This document shows positions 1 to 12,568 of a stretch of 64,000 nucleotides of DNA, one piece after another. The first letter of the stretch is position 1, and each line of letters starts with the position of its first letter. The stretch is from NCBI GenBank assembly GCA_950097015.1, contig CATNEN010000007.1:7440001-7504000 (forward strand), in the 5' to 3' direction. A program made the position numbers and the translations under genes. The notes under the pieces were generated by a model. It ran no database searches, was not told the origin of the DNA, and saw only the letters and a list, made by a program, of their open reading frames with translations. Source of the DNA: Macrostomum hystrix. Taxonomy: Eukaryota; Animalia; Platyhelminthes.

Positions 1-370
1 TTGTCAACTGGAGATTATCATCAATGGGGAGTCATCATTAACTGGGGGATCATTGTCAACTGCGTGATCATCATCAATTGGGGGATTATTGTCAACTCGG
101 GGATCATTGTCAGCTGTGGGAACATTGTCAACTGGGGATCATCATCAATGGGGAGTCATCATTAACTGGGGGATCATTGTCAACTGCGTGATCATCATCA
201 ATTGAGGGATTATTGTCAACTGGGGGATCATAATCAACTGCGTGATCATCATCAATTGGGGGATTATTGTCAACGGGGGGATCATTGTCAACTGGGGGAT
301 CATTATCAACTGGGGGATTATTGTCAACTGGGGGATCTTTATCAACTGGGGGATCATTGTCAACTGATCA
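1..370. repeat. 18-bp minisatellite TCATTGTCAACTGGGGGA
   Basis: Tandem copies visible; runs off the left edge. Confidence 0.95.
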
Positions 371-467
371 TTGTAGCGTAAAAAGGCTGAAAATGCAGCT
401 GCTAAAAAGTGTATACTGGACGAAATCAAAATATTTCTGCTCCCCGAAGGGGGGCAAAACTTGCTAG
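1..467 (+). mobile_element. 3' part of a non-autonomous Helitron-like element carrying an 18-bp minisatellite
   Basis: Ends in a GC hairpin GCTCCCC-GAA-GGGGGGC (439-455), then an 8-nt spacer and CTAG (464-467) followed by T, the canonical Helitron 3' end. The same ~90-bp terminus recurs at about 4360-4449. Confidence 0.65.
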
Positions 468-1059
468 TCCAATATACTAAAAATGAACTGTTTACTTACT
501 TGGTTGTAATTGATTTTCTCCCGAACGGCTCAACCGATTTTCACCATTTCTTCACCAAAAGATGCCAAATATGGGGACAATTTTACACGTATTTTTATTA
601 AGCCTAACTTTATTGCTAAAGGGATTAAATATTCGAAAAACATGATTTTTCAAAGGTCAAACCATCTTGGCCTATTGAGAATTTTACTCACTGCCGCTGA
701 ATTGGAATTGCATCGTCAAATTGCGCAACACCCCCTCGCTGACTGAGTTAGAAGCCTGCACTCTGGAGACAAATTTGAAATAAATGTACACAACCAACCG
801 CGAGACTGAGTGTACTCTATTTTCTCACTTCATTGTACAAAGCCAGAACTTTGAGAATTCATTTTATAAGGCTGATTTTTGCACCCACCAACCAACAGTC
901 GGAATAGCCGATGTGTAGGCACTAGGAATAGGTTATAGGCTAGGCTAGGGTTCGATTCTGCACTGCGTCAAATCATTTAGACTAATTTTCAGCCAGTAGT
1001 GATTGAAGATTATTTTGATTTTTTTTTTCGTTTCGTAAATAAAATATCATAAATCATAG

Positions 1060-2495
1060 CAAACCTGAGTTTGAATCATGGCAAAAATAGAGCTTGAATC
1101 ATGGCTAAACCAGCGTCTGAATCATGGCTAAACCAGAGTTTGAATCATGGCAAAAATAGAGCTTGAATCATGGCTAAACCAGCGTCTGAATCATGGCTAA
1201 ACCAGAGCTTGAATCATGGCTAAAACAGAGTCTGAATCATGGCTAAACTGGAGTCTGAATCATGGCTAAACCAGAGTCTGAATCATGGCTAAACCAGAGT
1301 TTGAATCATGGCTAAACCAGGGTCTGAATCATGGCTAAACCAGAGTTTGAATCATGGCTAAACCAGAGTCTGAATCATGGCTAAACCAGAGTCTGAATCA
1401 TGGCTAAACCAGAGTTTGAATCATGGCTAACCCAGAGTTTGAATCATGGCTAAACCAGAGTTTGAATCATGGCTAACCCAGACTTTGAATCATGGCTAAA
1501 CCAGAGTCTGAATCATGGCTAAACCAGCGTCTGAATCATGGCTAAACCAGAGTTTGAATCATGGCTAAACCAGAGTCTGAATCATGGCTAAACCAGAGTC
1601 TGAATCATGGCTAAACCAGAGTCTGAATCATGGCTAACCCAGAGTTTGAATCATGGCTAAACCAGAGTTTGAATCATGGCTAACCCAGACTTTGAATCAT
1701 GGCTAAACCAGAGTCTGAATCATGGCTAAACCAGCGTCTGAATCATGGCTAAACCAGAGTTTGAATCATGGCTAAACCAGAGTCTGAATCATGGCTAAAC
1801 CAGAGTTTGAATCATGGCTAAACCAGATTTTGAATCATGGCTAACCCAGAGTTTGAATCATGGCTAAACCAGAGTCTGAATCTGAATCATGGCTAAACCA
1901 GAGTCTGAATCATGGCTAAACCAGAGTTTGAATCATGGCAAAACCAGAGTCTGAATCATGGCTAAACCAGAGTTTGAATCATGGCTAAACCAGGGTCTGA
2001 ATCATGGCTAAAACAGAGTTTAAATCATGGCTAAACCAGAGTCTGAATCATGGCTAAACCAGAGTTTGAATCATGGCTAAACCAGGGTCTGAATCATGGC
2101 TAAACCAGAGTCTGAATCATGGCTAAACCATAGTCTGAATCATGGCTAAACCAGAGTCTGAATCATGGCAAAACCAGAGTCTGAATCATGGCTAAAACAG
2201 AGTTTAAATCATAGCTAAACCAGCGTCTGAATCATGGCTAAACCAGCGTCTGAATCATGGCTAAACCAGAGTCTGAATCATGGCTAAACCAGAGTCTGAA
2301 TCATGGCTAAACCAGAGTCCGAATCATGGCTAAACCAGAGTTTGAATCATGGCTAAACCAGAGTTTGCATCATGGCTAAACCAGAGTCTGAATCATGGCT
2401 AAACCAGAGTTTGAATCATGGCTAAACCATAGTATGAATCATGGCTAAACCAGAGTCTGAATCATGGCTAAACCAGCGTTTGAATCATGGCAAAA
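1060..2495. repeat. 23-bp minisatellite TGAATCATGGCTAAACCAGAGTC/T, about 60 copies
   Basis: Direct tandem repeats. Confidence 0.95.
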
Positions 2496-2639
2496 TTTTT
2501 CTTTTGTCATTGAATTGAATTTTGAGTTTGTTATCTCATAACGTCATAATGATATAATTTGTATGATAAATATTTTGCCTAATAATCATTTAATTGTTGT
2601 TCTTCTCAATTTTCTACAAAAGAAGCTAATATAAAAATT

Positions 2640-4350
2640 AACTGGGCAACATTGTCAACTGGGCATCATCATCAATAAGGAGTCCTCATCAAATGGGGGA
2701 TCATTGTCAACTGGGGGATCATTGTCAACTGGGGGATCATTGTCAACTGGGTGATCATTGTCAACTGGGGGATCATTGTCAACTGGGGATCATTGTCAAC
2801 TGGGGGATCATTGTCAACTGTGAGATCATTGTCAACTGGGGGATCATTGTCAACTGGGGGATCATTGTCAACTGGGGATCATTGTCAACTGGGGGATCAT
2901 TGTCAACTGTGAGATCATTGTCAACTGGGGGATCATTGTCAACTGGGGGATCATTGTCAACTGGGGGATCATTGTCAACTGGGGGATCATCATCAACTGG
3001 GGGATCATTGTAAACTGGGGGATCATTGTCAACTGTGGGATCATTGTCAACTGGGGGATCATTGTCAACAAGGGGATCATTGTGAACTGGGGGATCATTG
3101 TCAACTGGGGATCATTGTCAACTGGGGGAACATTGTCAACTGGGGGATCATTGTCAACTTGGGAATGATTGTCAAATGGGTGTTCATTGTCAACTGGGGG
3201 ATCATTGTCAACTGGGAGATCATTGTCAACTGGGGGATCATTGTCAACTGGGGGATCATTGTCAACTGGGGTATCATTATCAACTGGGGGATCATCATCA
3301 ACTGGGTGATCATTGTCAACTGGGGGATCATTGTCATCTGAGGGATCATTGTCAACTGGGGGATCATTGTCAACTGTGAGATCATTGTCAACTGGGTGAT
3401 CATTGTCAACTGGGGGATCATTGTCAACTGGGGGATCATTGTAAACTGGGGGATCATTGTCAACTGTGAGATCATTGTCAACTGGGGGATCATTGTCAAC
3501 TGGGGGATCATTGTCAACTGGGTGATCATTGTCAACTGGGGGATCATCATCAACTGGGGGATCATTGTCAACTGTGGGATCATTGTCAACTGGGGGATCA
3601 TTGTCAACAAGGGGATCATTGTGAACTGGGGGATCATTGTCAACTGGGGATCATTGTCAACTGGGGGTTCATTGTCAACTGGGGGATCATTGTCAACTGG
3701 GGGATCATCATCAACTGGGGGATCATTGTCAACTGGGGATCATTGTCAACTGGGGGTTCATTGTCAACTGGGGGATCATTGTCAACTGGGGGATCATCAT
3801 CAACTGGGGGATCATTGTCAACTGGGGGATCATTGTCAACTGGGTGATCATTGTCAACTGGGGGATCATTGTCAACTGAGGGATCATTGTCAACTGGGGT
3901 ATCATTATCAACTGGGGGATCATTGTCAACTTGGGAATGATTGTCAAATGGGTGTTCATTGTCAACTGGGGGATCATTGTCAACTGGGGGATCATTGTCA
4001 ACTGGGGGATCATTGTCAACTGGGTGATCATTGTCAACTGGGGGATCATCATCAACTGGGGGATCATTGTCAACTGTGGGATCATTGTCAACTGGGGGAT
4101 CATTGTCAACAAGGGGATCATTGTGAACTGGGGGATCATTGTCAACTGGGGATCATTGTCAACTGGGGGTTCATTGTCAACTGGGGGATCATTGTCAACT
4201 GGGGGATCATCATCAACTGGGGGATCATTGTCAACTGGGGATCATTGTCAACTGGGGGTTCATTGTCAACTGGGGGATCATTGTCAACTGGGGGATCATC
4301 ATCAACTGGGGGATCATTGTCAACTGGGGGATCATTGTCAACTGGGGGTT
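2640..4350. repeat. 18-bp minisatellite TCATTGTCAACTGGGGGA, about 95 copies
   Basis: Tandem repeats; same family as 1-370. Confidence 0.95.
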
Positions 4351-5089
4351 TATTTTAGCTTTAAAAAGCTGTAAATTCAGCTGCTAAACAGTATATACAA
4401 GACGAATTAAAAATATTTCTGCTCCCCGAAGGGGGGCAAAACATGCTAGTTCCTATCTAATATTTAAAACTTAAATCTCCAAGTAACAGTGCCATTCAAA
4501 TCGACAAGTTTGGTTTTCAAGACATTTGGCTGTCCGAATTTTTTCCAAAACTGTCGTACAGAGTCTGTTGTTATTATGGTTGACAGTTGACTTCTAATTA
4601 ACTTTTATATCTACTGAATTTCCCCGCCAGTCCATGGACTGAACAGCAGTACACGGTTTTTAAAAGCGCCGCCTACCCTTTTTGTTGTTGTTCGCTTTCT
4701 TTACTTTGTAAATTCTTTCGACCTTTCTGCGGCTGTTTGACTGACTTGCATAGTGACGACAAAGTAGCACTTCTACAGAACGTTCTGCAACGTTAACCCA
4801 GGGCCATTTCACTCACTATATGAATATAGTGTGCTCCCTGTAGCAAGTACAAATGAAGATCTCATAATAATTATTATTTTTTCTCAGCCTAAAATGGAAC
4901 AGGTGTTCCTGAGACTTAGTTCCATTTCTCATTGTGCGATCCACAACTCAATGAGTCCCGGCAATCCTTTAATTACACCAGCAGCCTGCATTAGCTGCTC
5001 CGTTTTATAATTATACCTCCCCCCGAATCTTGGACTTCAAATTTGATGCACAATTTTTCTTTAGACACCTCCCATATCAAACATTCTAC

Positions 5090-6180
5090 TTAGCAGCCTC
5101 ATTCCAGCATCCTTCCATCCAGCATCCTTCCATCCAGCATCCTTCCATCCAGCAGCCTTCTATCCAGCAGCCTTCCATCCAGCAGCCTTCCATCCAGCAG
5201 CCTTCCATCCAGCAGCCTTCCATCCAGCAGCCTTCCATCCAGCAGCCTTCCAGCCAGCAGCCTTCCATCCAGCAGCCTTCCATCCAGCAGCCTTCCATCC
5301 AGCAGCCTTCCATCCAGCAGCCTTCTATCCAGCAGCCTTCCATCCAGCAGCCTTCCATCCAGCAGCCTTCCATCTAGAAGCCTTCCATCCAGCAGCCTTC
5401 CATCCAGCAGCCTTCCATTCAGCAGCCTTCCATCCAGCAGCCTTCTATCCAGCAGCCTTCCATCCAACAGCCTTCCATCCAGCAGCCTTCAATCCAGCAG
5501 CCTTCCATCCAGCAGCCTTCCATCCAGCAGCATTCCATACCGCTGCCTTCTATCCAGCAGCCTTCCATACAGCAGCCTTCCTTCCAGCAGCCTTCCATAC
5601 CACTGCCTTCCATGCAGCAGCCTTCCATCCAGCAGCCTTCCATCCAGCAGCCTTCCATCCAGCAGCCTTCCATCCAGCAGCCTTCCACCCAGCAGCCTTC
5701 CATCCAGCAGCCTTCCATCCAGCAGCCTTCTATCCAGCAGCCTTCCATCCAGCAGCCTTCTATCCAGCAGCCTTCCATCCAGCAGCCTTCCATCTAGAAG
5801 CCTTCTATCCAGCAGCCTTCCATTCAGCAGCCTTCCATCCAGCAGCCTTCCATCCAGCAGCCTTCCATCCAGCAGCCTTCCATCCAGCAGCCTTCCATCC
5901 AGCAGCCTTCCATCTAGAAGCCTTCTATCCAGCAGCCTTCCATCCAGCAGCCTTCCATCCAGCAGCCTTCCATCCAGCAGCCTTCCATCTAGAAGCCTTC
6001 CATCCAGCAGCCTTCCATCCAGCAGCCTTCCATCCAGCAGCCTTCCATCCAGCAGCCTTCCATCCAGCAGCATTCCATACCGCTGCCTTCTATCCAGCAG
6101 CCTTCCATCCAGCAGCCTTCCATCCAGCAGCCTTCCATCCAGCAGCCTTCCATCCAGCAGCCTTCCATCCAGCAGCCTTT
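5090..6180. repeat. 15-bp minisatellite CCAGCAGCCTTCCAT
   Basis: Tandem repeats. Confidence 0.95.
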
Positions 6181-6659
6181 GAATATGCATTTCAGTGCTC
6201 GCAGACAAACACACATAATTGTTTATTTCAATTGTGAAAAATATAATTCTGGCTATTTATCAGTTGAGTGCGAATGTTTTAGACCTTTCAAGTAGGAGAA
6301 CAGCATAATTTAGTCAAACAGTTTACAGAAATGAATTTACTTTAGTGCTGAACTGAGGAGGGTCACACAAAATTGACTTTTGTATCCGTTTTTGTTTACT
6401 ACTGACGAGACGACAGAAGCAGGAGTGAAAAAACATTGAGAAGTGCTCTAAAAAACATCAGCTAGCCATGATGCTCTTACATCAATCTATTAGTTTCTTA
6501 AAGGAAATTCCTGTTCTTGGGCATAAGGATCTTGCTATCATTCGAAACACAAAAATTTACAAAATGCTTATATTGTATATGTAGAAATGTCCAATGATTT
6601 TCTTTAGTTTTGTGGGTGTTGAAATTACGCTGTACCTTCGGTTATTGCTGGAATTTTCT

Positions 6660-7045
6660 TATATTTCCCATGGAATTTCCGTTAGAATTTCCTCGGATTT
6701 CCGTTGGAATTCCCTTGGATTTCCGCTGGAATTCTCTTGGATTTCCGCTGGAATTCCCTTGGATTTCCGCTGGAATTCCCTTGGATTTCCGCTGGAATTC
6801 TCTAGGATTTCCGCTGGAATTCCCTTGGATTTCCGCTGGAATTCCCTTGGATTTCCGCTGGAATTCCCTTGGATTTCCGCTGGAATTCCCTTGGATTTCC
6901 GCTGGAATTCCCTTGGATTTCCGCTGGAATTCCCTTGGATTTCCGCTGGAATTCCCTTGGCTTTCCGTTGGAATTCTCTTTGAATTCCGTTGGAATTCCC
7001 TTTGAATTCCGTTAGAAGGAATCTCATGGATTTCCGTTGGAATTC
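6660..7045. repeat. 22-bp minisatellite GGATTTCCGCTGGAATTCCCTT
   Basis: Tandem repeats. Confidence 0.9.
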
Positions 7046-7282
7046 CGTTGCAATTCCATTGTAAATTTGTCGTAGCAACAACCATCGAGGATATTCTTTG
7101 AGTTACATAAAAATTGTGATTAGCTGTCATAAATAAAAGATCACGAATCCATTGAGTTTCAGCGGAATAAAAATTATAGTCATGAGAATTTGAATTAAGC
7201 AATGCTGCATTTTGAATCATTTCAAAGTTTGGAATCAGAAAGAGGATTTTTTATCAAATTTGCTTGTGTCCTAATGTTTGCT

Positions 7283-7592
7283 ATAAAAATAAGTGCAGGA
7301 GGGCTGCAGGCAATGGCGCATCATTTGGTGACACCAGACCTGCGACCAGCGAGGAGGCAATTCTGCCCATTTTGCTGACTCCTGAGCACACACACACACA
7401 CAGATGCCGTGCGCAGGGATACGCTCACACAGGTGTGTACACCTGCCCTGACTTTCTGAATGTCAGGCAGTGTACACTTTCTCTGCGCCTTGGAGGTTGG
7501 ACCTCAAGGGAGCAAATTGCACGACAAGCCACATTACGCGAACGGAATCGAGCTTTGTTGCGAGAGGCAAACGCTTTTACCGCTCTGCCACT
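7283..7592 (-). mobile_element. tRNA-derived SINE, copy 1
   Basis: Minus strand begins GTGGCAGAGCGG (A box) with a degenerate B box GCTCGATTCC. About 300 bp is closely similar to 33977-34358. Confidence 0.8.
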
Positions 7593-7689
7593 CACACCTG
7601 TGTCCTAGTGTTTAATTTCAATATAACTCGTTTCCCCATCTCGGTAAAAGTGCATAATGATCAGCAGACGAGCATGTCGAATACCCGAG

Positions 7690-9248
7690 TCACAGTCCGA
7701 CCAGGCGCAGCTTCCCGGCCAGGATCCGGGCCGACTCCGTCTCCGAAGATGGGCAGCTGGCGAATCCGCAGGCGGCCACCGCGGCGGCAACGGCGACGGT
7801 CGTTCGGCCCTCTGGCGCGGCATCGTCTGGGATCACCAGCGGAATAGCGCAGCCGCCGTCGCAGCCGCCGCCAGCACCGCCTCCGCCGGCGCATCCGGCA
7901 CCGTCAAGTCCACCGCCTTGGCCTGCGTGCCCTGCGCCCCCGCAGTTTCCGCCGCCTCCGCCGCCGCCGTCGGCACAGCCGCCCCCGTCGCCGCCTCTTC
8001 CTCGGCGTCGGTCGCCCCGCCGGCTGCCGAATCGTTTTACTGCCCGGCTGCAGAGGCGCGAGGCCAGGGCGTTCAAATGGCGCCGAAAGCTCTTGTTGAG
8101 GCACCAATAGCACACGGGGGAGACCGCGCTGTGCAGATGGCCGAGGAACAGCGCCACACTGTAGATGCTCTCCTCGACCGGCCTGTCCGCCTCCGGCCGG
8201 CCGCCCACCATGCGGAGCCGGCCGCGGAAGGGCGGCCTCGGATCGCGGCGCTGCTGGCCGCCGCTGCCGCCGGAGAAGTCGATCCAGATGCCGACGAGGT
8301 TCACCGGCAGCCAGCAGACAACGAAGCAGGCGACCAGCAGTACGAGGGTGTGGACGGCGCGCTTCGTGGACTGGTGTGCCACGCTGGCCTGGTACTGCGA
8401 GGGCACGCTGCTGTGCGACTCGCTGGCCTGGATCTGGTCCGTGAAGGACGACACGCACGGATTCAGCCGATCCTGACTGTGAAAGCGGCTGAGGCCTGTG
8501 CTTAGCTCTACAGGACTGCCCATAGCGCCGGCGTCGCCGACTGTTCCCCCATTGGTTGGACTGGCCGGAGCGCTGGCGGAGAACTGCAGCGGCTGGTGGT
8601 GCTGGTGTTGGTTCAGGTTCAGCATGAGGCAGCGGTTCGGGTGCAGCAGATTCGGACTCGGCGGCGCCAGCTGCTGCGGCGTTGGCGGCCGCTGTGGCCT
8701 TGGCCGCCACTGTTGAAGCTCCTCGGCGTTCGGCGGCTGCACCGGCTGGCTCAGCAGGCGCGCCAGTGCGGCGATGCTGGCCGTGATGAAGCAGTAGCAG
8801 GCGGAGATGACGGCGCAGGGCATGCAGAACACAAGCAGCAGCAGCAGCAGCGAGTACAGCCGACGTGCCCACGGGCTGTCGCCCCAGTACTCGTCGCAGA
8901 AAGTTATGCAGATCTTACCGCAGGGCTGATCGTCGCCAGGTCTGGCGGGCGAGCTTCCCGTGCTGTTCAAGCGACCCCCGCCGCCTCCGGCATGGCTGCC
9001 GCCGTTCCCGCCAGAGCCTTTGCCTTGCATGAACTCCTGCATGCTCTGGAGGCCGTAGGTCACGGTTGACCTGATGAAGATGTTCGGCGAGGCCAGGACA
9101 GCCGCGCCGCCCCAGACCAACAGCAGCAGAAGGGCGAGGCGGCGACGGCTCAGCTGGCGCTGCTTCACCGGCTCCTGCAGGCGGAACCCCCTGGCGCGCA
9201 GAATTGCCATGGCAACCAAAGAGAATACGTTTGAGATTATGGCCACGC
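7690..9248 (-). CDS. Class A (rhodopsin-like) GPCR, terminal exon (end of TM3 to C-terminus)
   Basis: Acceptor ctgcag|GC GTG, phase 1. TM4 WGGAAVLASP, ECL2 Cys (FCDEYW), TM5 FCMPCAVISACY, TM6 FVVCWLP, TM7 HSAVSPVCYW, helix 8 NKSFRR. Stop at 7690. Confidence 0.9.
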
Positions 9249-9324
9249 CTGCAGATGGTTTCGCGGGTGGGTTAAAGATTAGGAATTGTGTCCGAAAAGA
9301 AATGGGGAATTCTCAATACATCAG

Positions 9325-9935
9325 CCGTCCATCCAGCAGCCTTCCATCCAGCAGCCTTCCATCCAGCAGCCTTCCATCCAGGATCCCGCAGCCTTCCATC
9401 CAGCAGCCTTCTATCCAGCAGCCTTCCATCCAGCAGCCTTCCATCCAGGATCCAGCAGCCTTCCATCCAGCAGCCTTCCATCCAGCAGCCTTCCATCCAG
9501 CAGCCTTCCATCCAGCAGCCTTCCATCCAGCAGCCTTCCATCCAGCAGCCTTCCATCCAGCAGCCTTCCATCCAGCAGCCTTCCATCCAGCAGCCTTCCA
9601 TCCAGCAGCCTTCCATCCAGCAGCCTTCCATCCAGCAGCCTTCCATCCAGCAGCCTTCCATCCAGCAGCCTTCCATCCAGCAGCCATCCATACCGCTGCC
9701 TTCTATCCAGCAGCCTTCCATCCAGCAGCTTTCCATCCAGCAGCCTTCCATCCAGCAGCCTTCCATCCAGCAGCCTTCCATCTAGAAGCCTTCTATCCAG
9801 CAGCCTTCCATCCAGCAGCCTTCCACCCAGCAGCCTTGCATCCAGCAGCCTTCCATCCAGCAGCCTTCCATCCAGCATCCTTCCATCCAGCATCCTTCCA
9901 TCCAGCATCCTTCCATCCAGCAGCCTTCCATCCAG
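9325..9935. repeat. 15-bp minisatellite CCAGCAGCCTTCCAT (in GPCR intron)
   Basis: Same unit and orientation as 5090-6180. Confidence 0.95.
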
Positions 9936-10359
9936 GAAGTTTCTGTTCGATCCTATATTAATTTCCATGTTAATCCAAAGCCGTCACAAACACTCCACAT
10001 AAACTGCGAACTCAGCTGATGCCGTCTTTAATTTGACTTTGGAGTCTGGAATTAATTAAACACCCTTTGAACAAAAGCAAAACGAGAAAATTAAAATCAC
10101 TTTCAGAAGCTCAGATTTTTGCGTCTCAGACTAAAATAGAGGAAGCGACAAAGGAAGCTCGAGATGTTATTTTAAGTCTCGATCCAGCAAATCCTCCGAA
10201 ATCCCCACTATTTGGAATCCCTCCTTTGAAACTGGATCGGCTAGGCAGTCCGTCTGGGATCGGAATAGTAGCTGATTGGGATTGCGGGACAGGGATTAAC
10301 ACCAGTTCTAATTCTGTCTGCTTCCTTTGTCCAGCCGATAGCTGCAGCACTGCGTAATA

Positions 10360-10905
10360 GTGAGGCATTCCATGTGGGATGGAGTCTGGAATACTGAGGC
10401 ATTCCATGTGGGATGGAGTCTGGAATACTGAGGCATTCCATGTGGGATGGAGTCTGGAATACTGAGGCATTCCATGTGGGATGGAGTCTGGAATACTGAG
10501 GCATTCCATGTGGGATGGAGTCTGGAATACTGAGGCATTCCATGTGGGATAGAGTCTGGAATACTGAGGCATTCCATGTGGGATGGAGTCTGGAATACTG
10601 AGGCATTCCATGTGGGATAGAGTCTGGAATACTCAGGCATTCTATGTGGGATAGAGTCTGGAATACTGAGGCATTCCATGTGGGATAGAGTCTGGAATAC
10701 TCAGGCATTCCATGTGGGATAGAGTCTGGAATACTCAGGCATTCCATGTGGGATAGAGTCTGGAATACTGAGGCATTCCATGTGGGATGGAGTCTGGAAT
10801 ACTGAGGCATTCCATGTGGGATAGAGTCTGGAATACTCAGGCATTCCATGTGGGATAGAGTCTGGAATACTGAGGCATTCCATGTGGGATGGAGTCTGGA
10901 ATACT
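10360..10905. repeat. 34-bp minisatellite TGAGGCATTCCATGTGGGATGGAGTCTGGAATAC
   Basis: About 16 tandem copies. Confidence 0.95.
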
Positions 10906-11624
10906 GGTGCATTATTATCTGCCTTGGCCACCTCAAGTGCTCCGCCCTAGAGAGCCTCCTTGAGCACCTTGAGCACACATCTGAAATCTGAGCGCCCTGT
11001 TTTTTCTGCATCGCTCAACTTCTCTCTCTCTGTCTCTCGCTCTCTGTGCCTCCGAATCGTTACGGCTGACACTTTCAAATATAGGGAGACGGCGGCGGCT
11101 GCAGTCATCACGCCTGTCGCCTCTGCTTCCTCTCTGGCTGCATGCCTCTCTTAACCTTTGATTTTTCTCAACCACGAAAGCAAGCGGTTTCAGGCCGTAT
11201 AGCTTAGCACAGACTCCCCGTCAAAGTGCTGCAGTCGTCAACGGGTTCTGTTCTCAGCTATTGGGTTGCATGCGGGTTCTCACAAAGAGAAGCAAAAACA
11301 GATTGTCCTTTACCTGATGCTTTTTACCTCGCAGACAAGAAGGCGGGGCAGTATCTAGACGAATGCTTCAAGTATTCGGAGGTGTTATGGTTAGCTTGAG
11401 GGGATTATCGAGCCCTGTAGTCGGGGATGAAACATTCAGCAAGGGTAAGGCAGGGAGTCTGTCCTTTACATTCGCCTTTATTCATTTCCGCGTCTGCTCT
11501 TATCAGCCGTGTTTTGACATTTTTTGTTTACATTGACAGCCTTGTTTGCCTTTCTATTTCCGCCCGGATTTGGCCGGCATGTTCGCATTTATTCTTCAAT
11601 TACCGGGATTTTAGGGCCACTCAC

Positions 11625-11942
11625 CCTCAGTGAAGTGCATCAGCTTGCAGCCTGCCTTGCCCAGTGGCCAGGTGTGATAGACCAGGTAGCACACGGCTGC
11701 TGGCATGCAGACAGTCGTGACCAGCAGATTTGAGGCGGCCAGGCTCACCATCAGCTTGGGCAGCCGCTGCCTGAGCTGCCGATATCGCAGGCCCATGACA
11801 ATGAACAGGCCATTGGCGCCGAGGGACCACAGCATGGCGATACCGTAGGCGGTGAACAGCGAGTACTCCAGCGGGCCCAGGGGGCGACGGTTCAACAGGT
11901 CGATGACCTCGTGCGTCTGCAGGAACTGCTTCTTGGCCGAGG
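11625..11942 (-). CDS. Class A GPCR, exon 2 (N-terminus, TM1-TM3)
   Basis: Acceptor cccgcag|CC and donor GAG G|gtgagt, both phase 1. Encodes GANGL (TM1), SLAASNLL (TM2) and WPLGKAGCK (ECL1 WxxG plus C3.25). Joins the terminal exon in frame as EG-VAIISN. Confidence 0.88.
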
Positions 11943-12009
11943 CTGCGGGATTCAATGAGAGATGGCCGATTGAGTCTTGTTGAGCAAACCAACACTCCGG
12001 AAATAACTC

Positions 12010-12415
12010 CGAACTCCAACCCGCGGAGTTCAGGCAACCACCCCAAGCCTCCAACCCGAGGAATTCAGGCAACCACCCCAAGCCTCCAACCCGAGGAATT
12101 CAGGCAACCACCCCAACCCTCCAACCTGAGGAATTCAGGCAGCCACCCCAAGCCTCCAACTCGAGTAATTCAGGCAGCCACCCCAAGCCTCCAACGCGAG
12201 GAATTCAGGCAGCCACCCCAATCCTCCAACCCAAGGAATTCAGGCACCCACCCCAAGCCCCCAACCCGAGGAATTCAGACACCCACCCCAATCCTCCAAC
12301 CCAAGGAATTCAGGCAGCCACCCCAATCCTCCAACCCAATGAATTCAGGCAGCCACCCCAACCCTCCAACCCGAGGAATTCAGGCAACCACCCCAATCCT
12401 CCAACCCGCGGAACT
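12010..12415. repeat. 35-bp minisatellite CCAACCCGAGGAATTCAGGCAACCACCCCAAGCCT
   Basis: Diverged tandem copies inside GPCR intron 1. Confidence 0.9.
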
Positions 12416-12568
12416 TTTCCTACGGAGTTTATGCAGCCACCTCAAGTCTCGCAACCTCTAGCATCATGCAATTTGATATAAGAATCGAAAGCGCGATTTA
12501 AAGCATTTTATAACGGCTATTTTTACGCAGAAATTTTCAGTCGAACATCATCAGCTCTTTGCACTTAC

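Larger units (their letters stand above)
468..4449 (+). mobile_element. Putative complete non-autonomous Helitron-like element (TC...CTAG) containing 23-bp and 18-bp minisatellite arrays
   Basis: Starts TCCAATATACTAAAA directly after the upstream CTAG. Contains AACGGCTCAACCGATTTTCACC (~524-545), which resembles the 5' subterminal motif of invertebrate non-autonomous Helitrons. Ends with hairpin GCTCCCCGAAGGGGGGC plus CTAG (4446-4449) then T. No RepHel ORF. Confidence 0.6.

Noticed and set aside
7657-9069. Plus-strand and alternative-frame ORFs overlapping the GPCR exon
   Set aside because: Shadow ORFs of GC-rich coding sequence.
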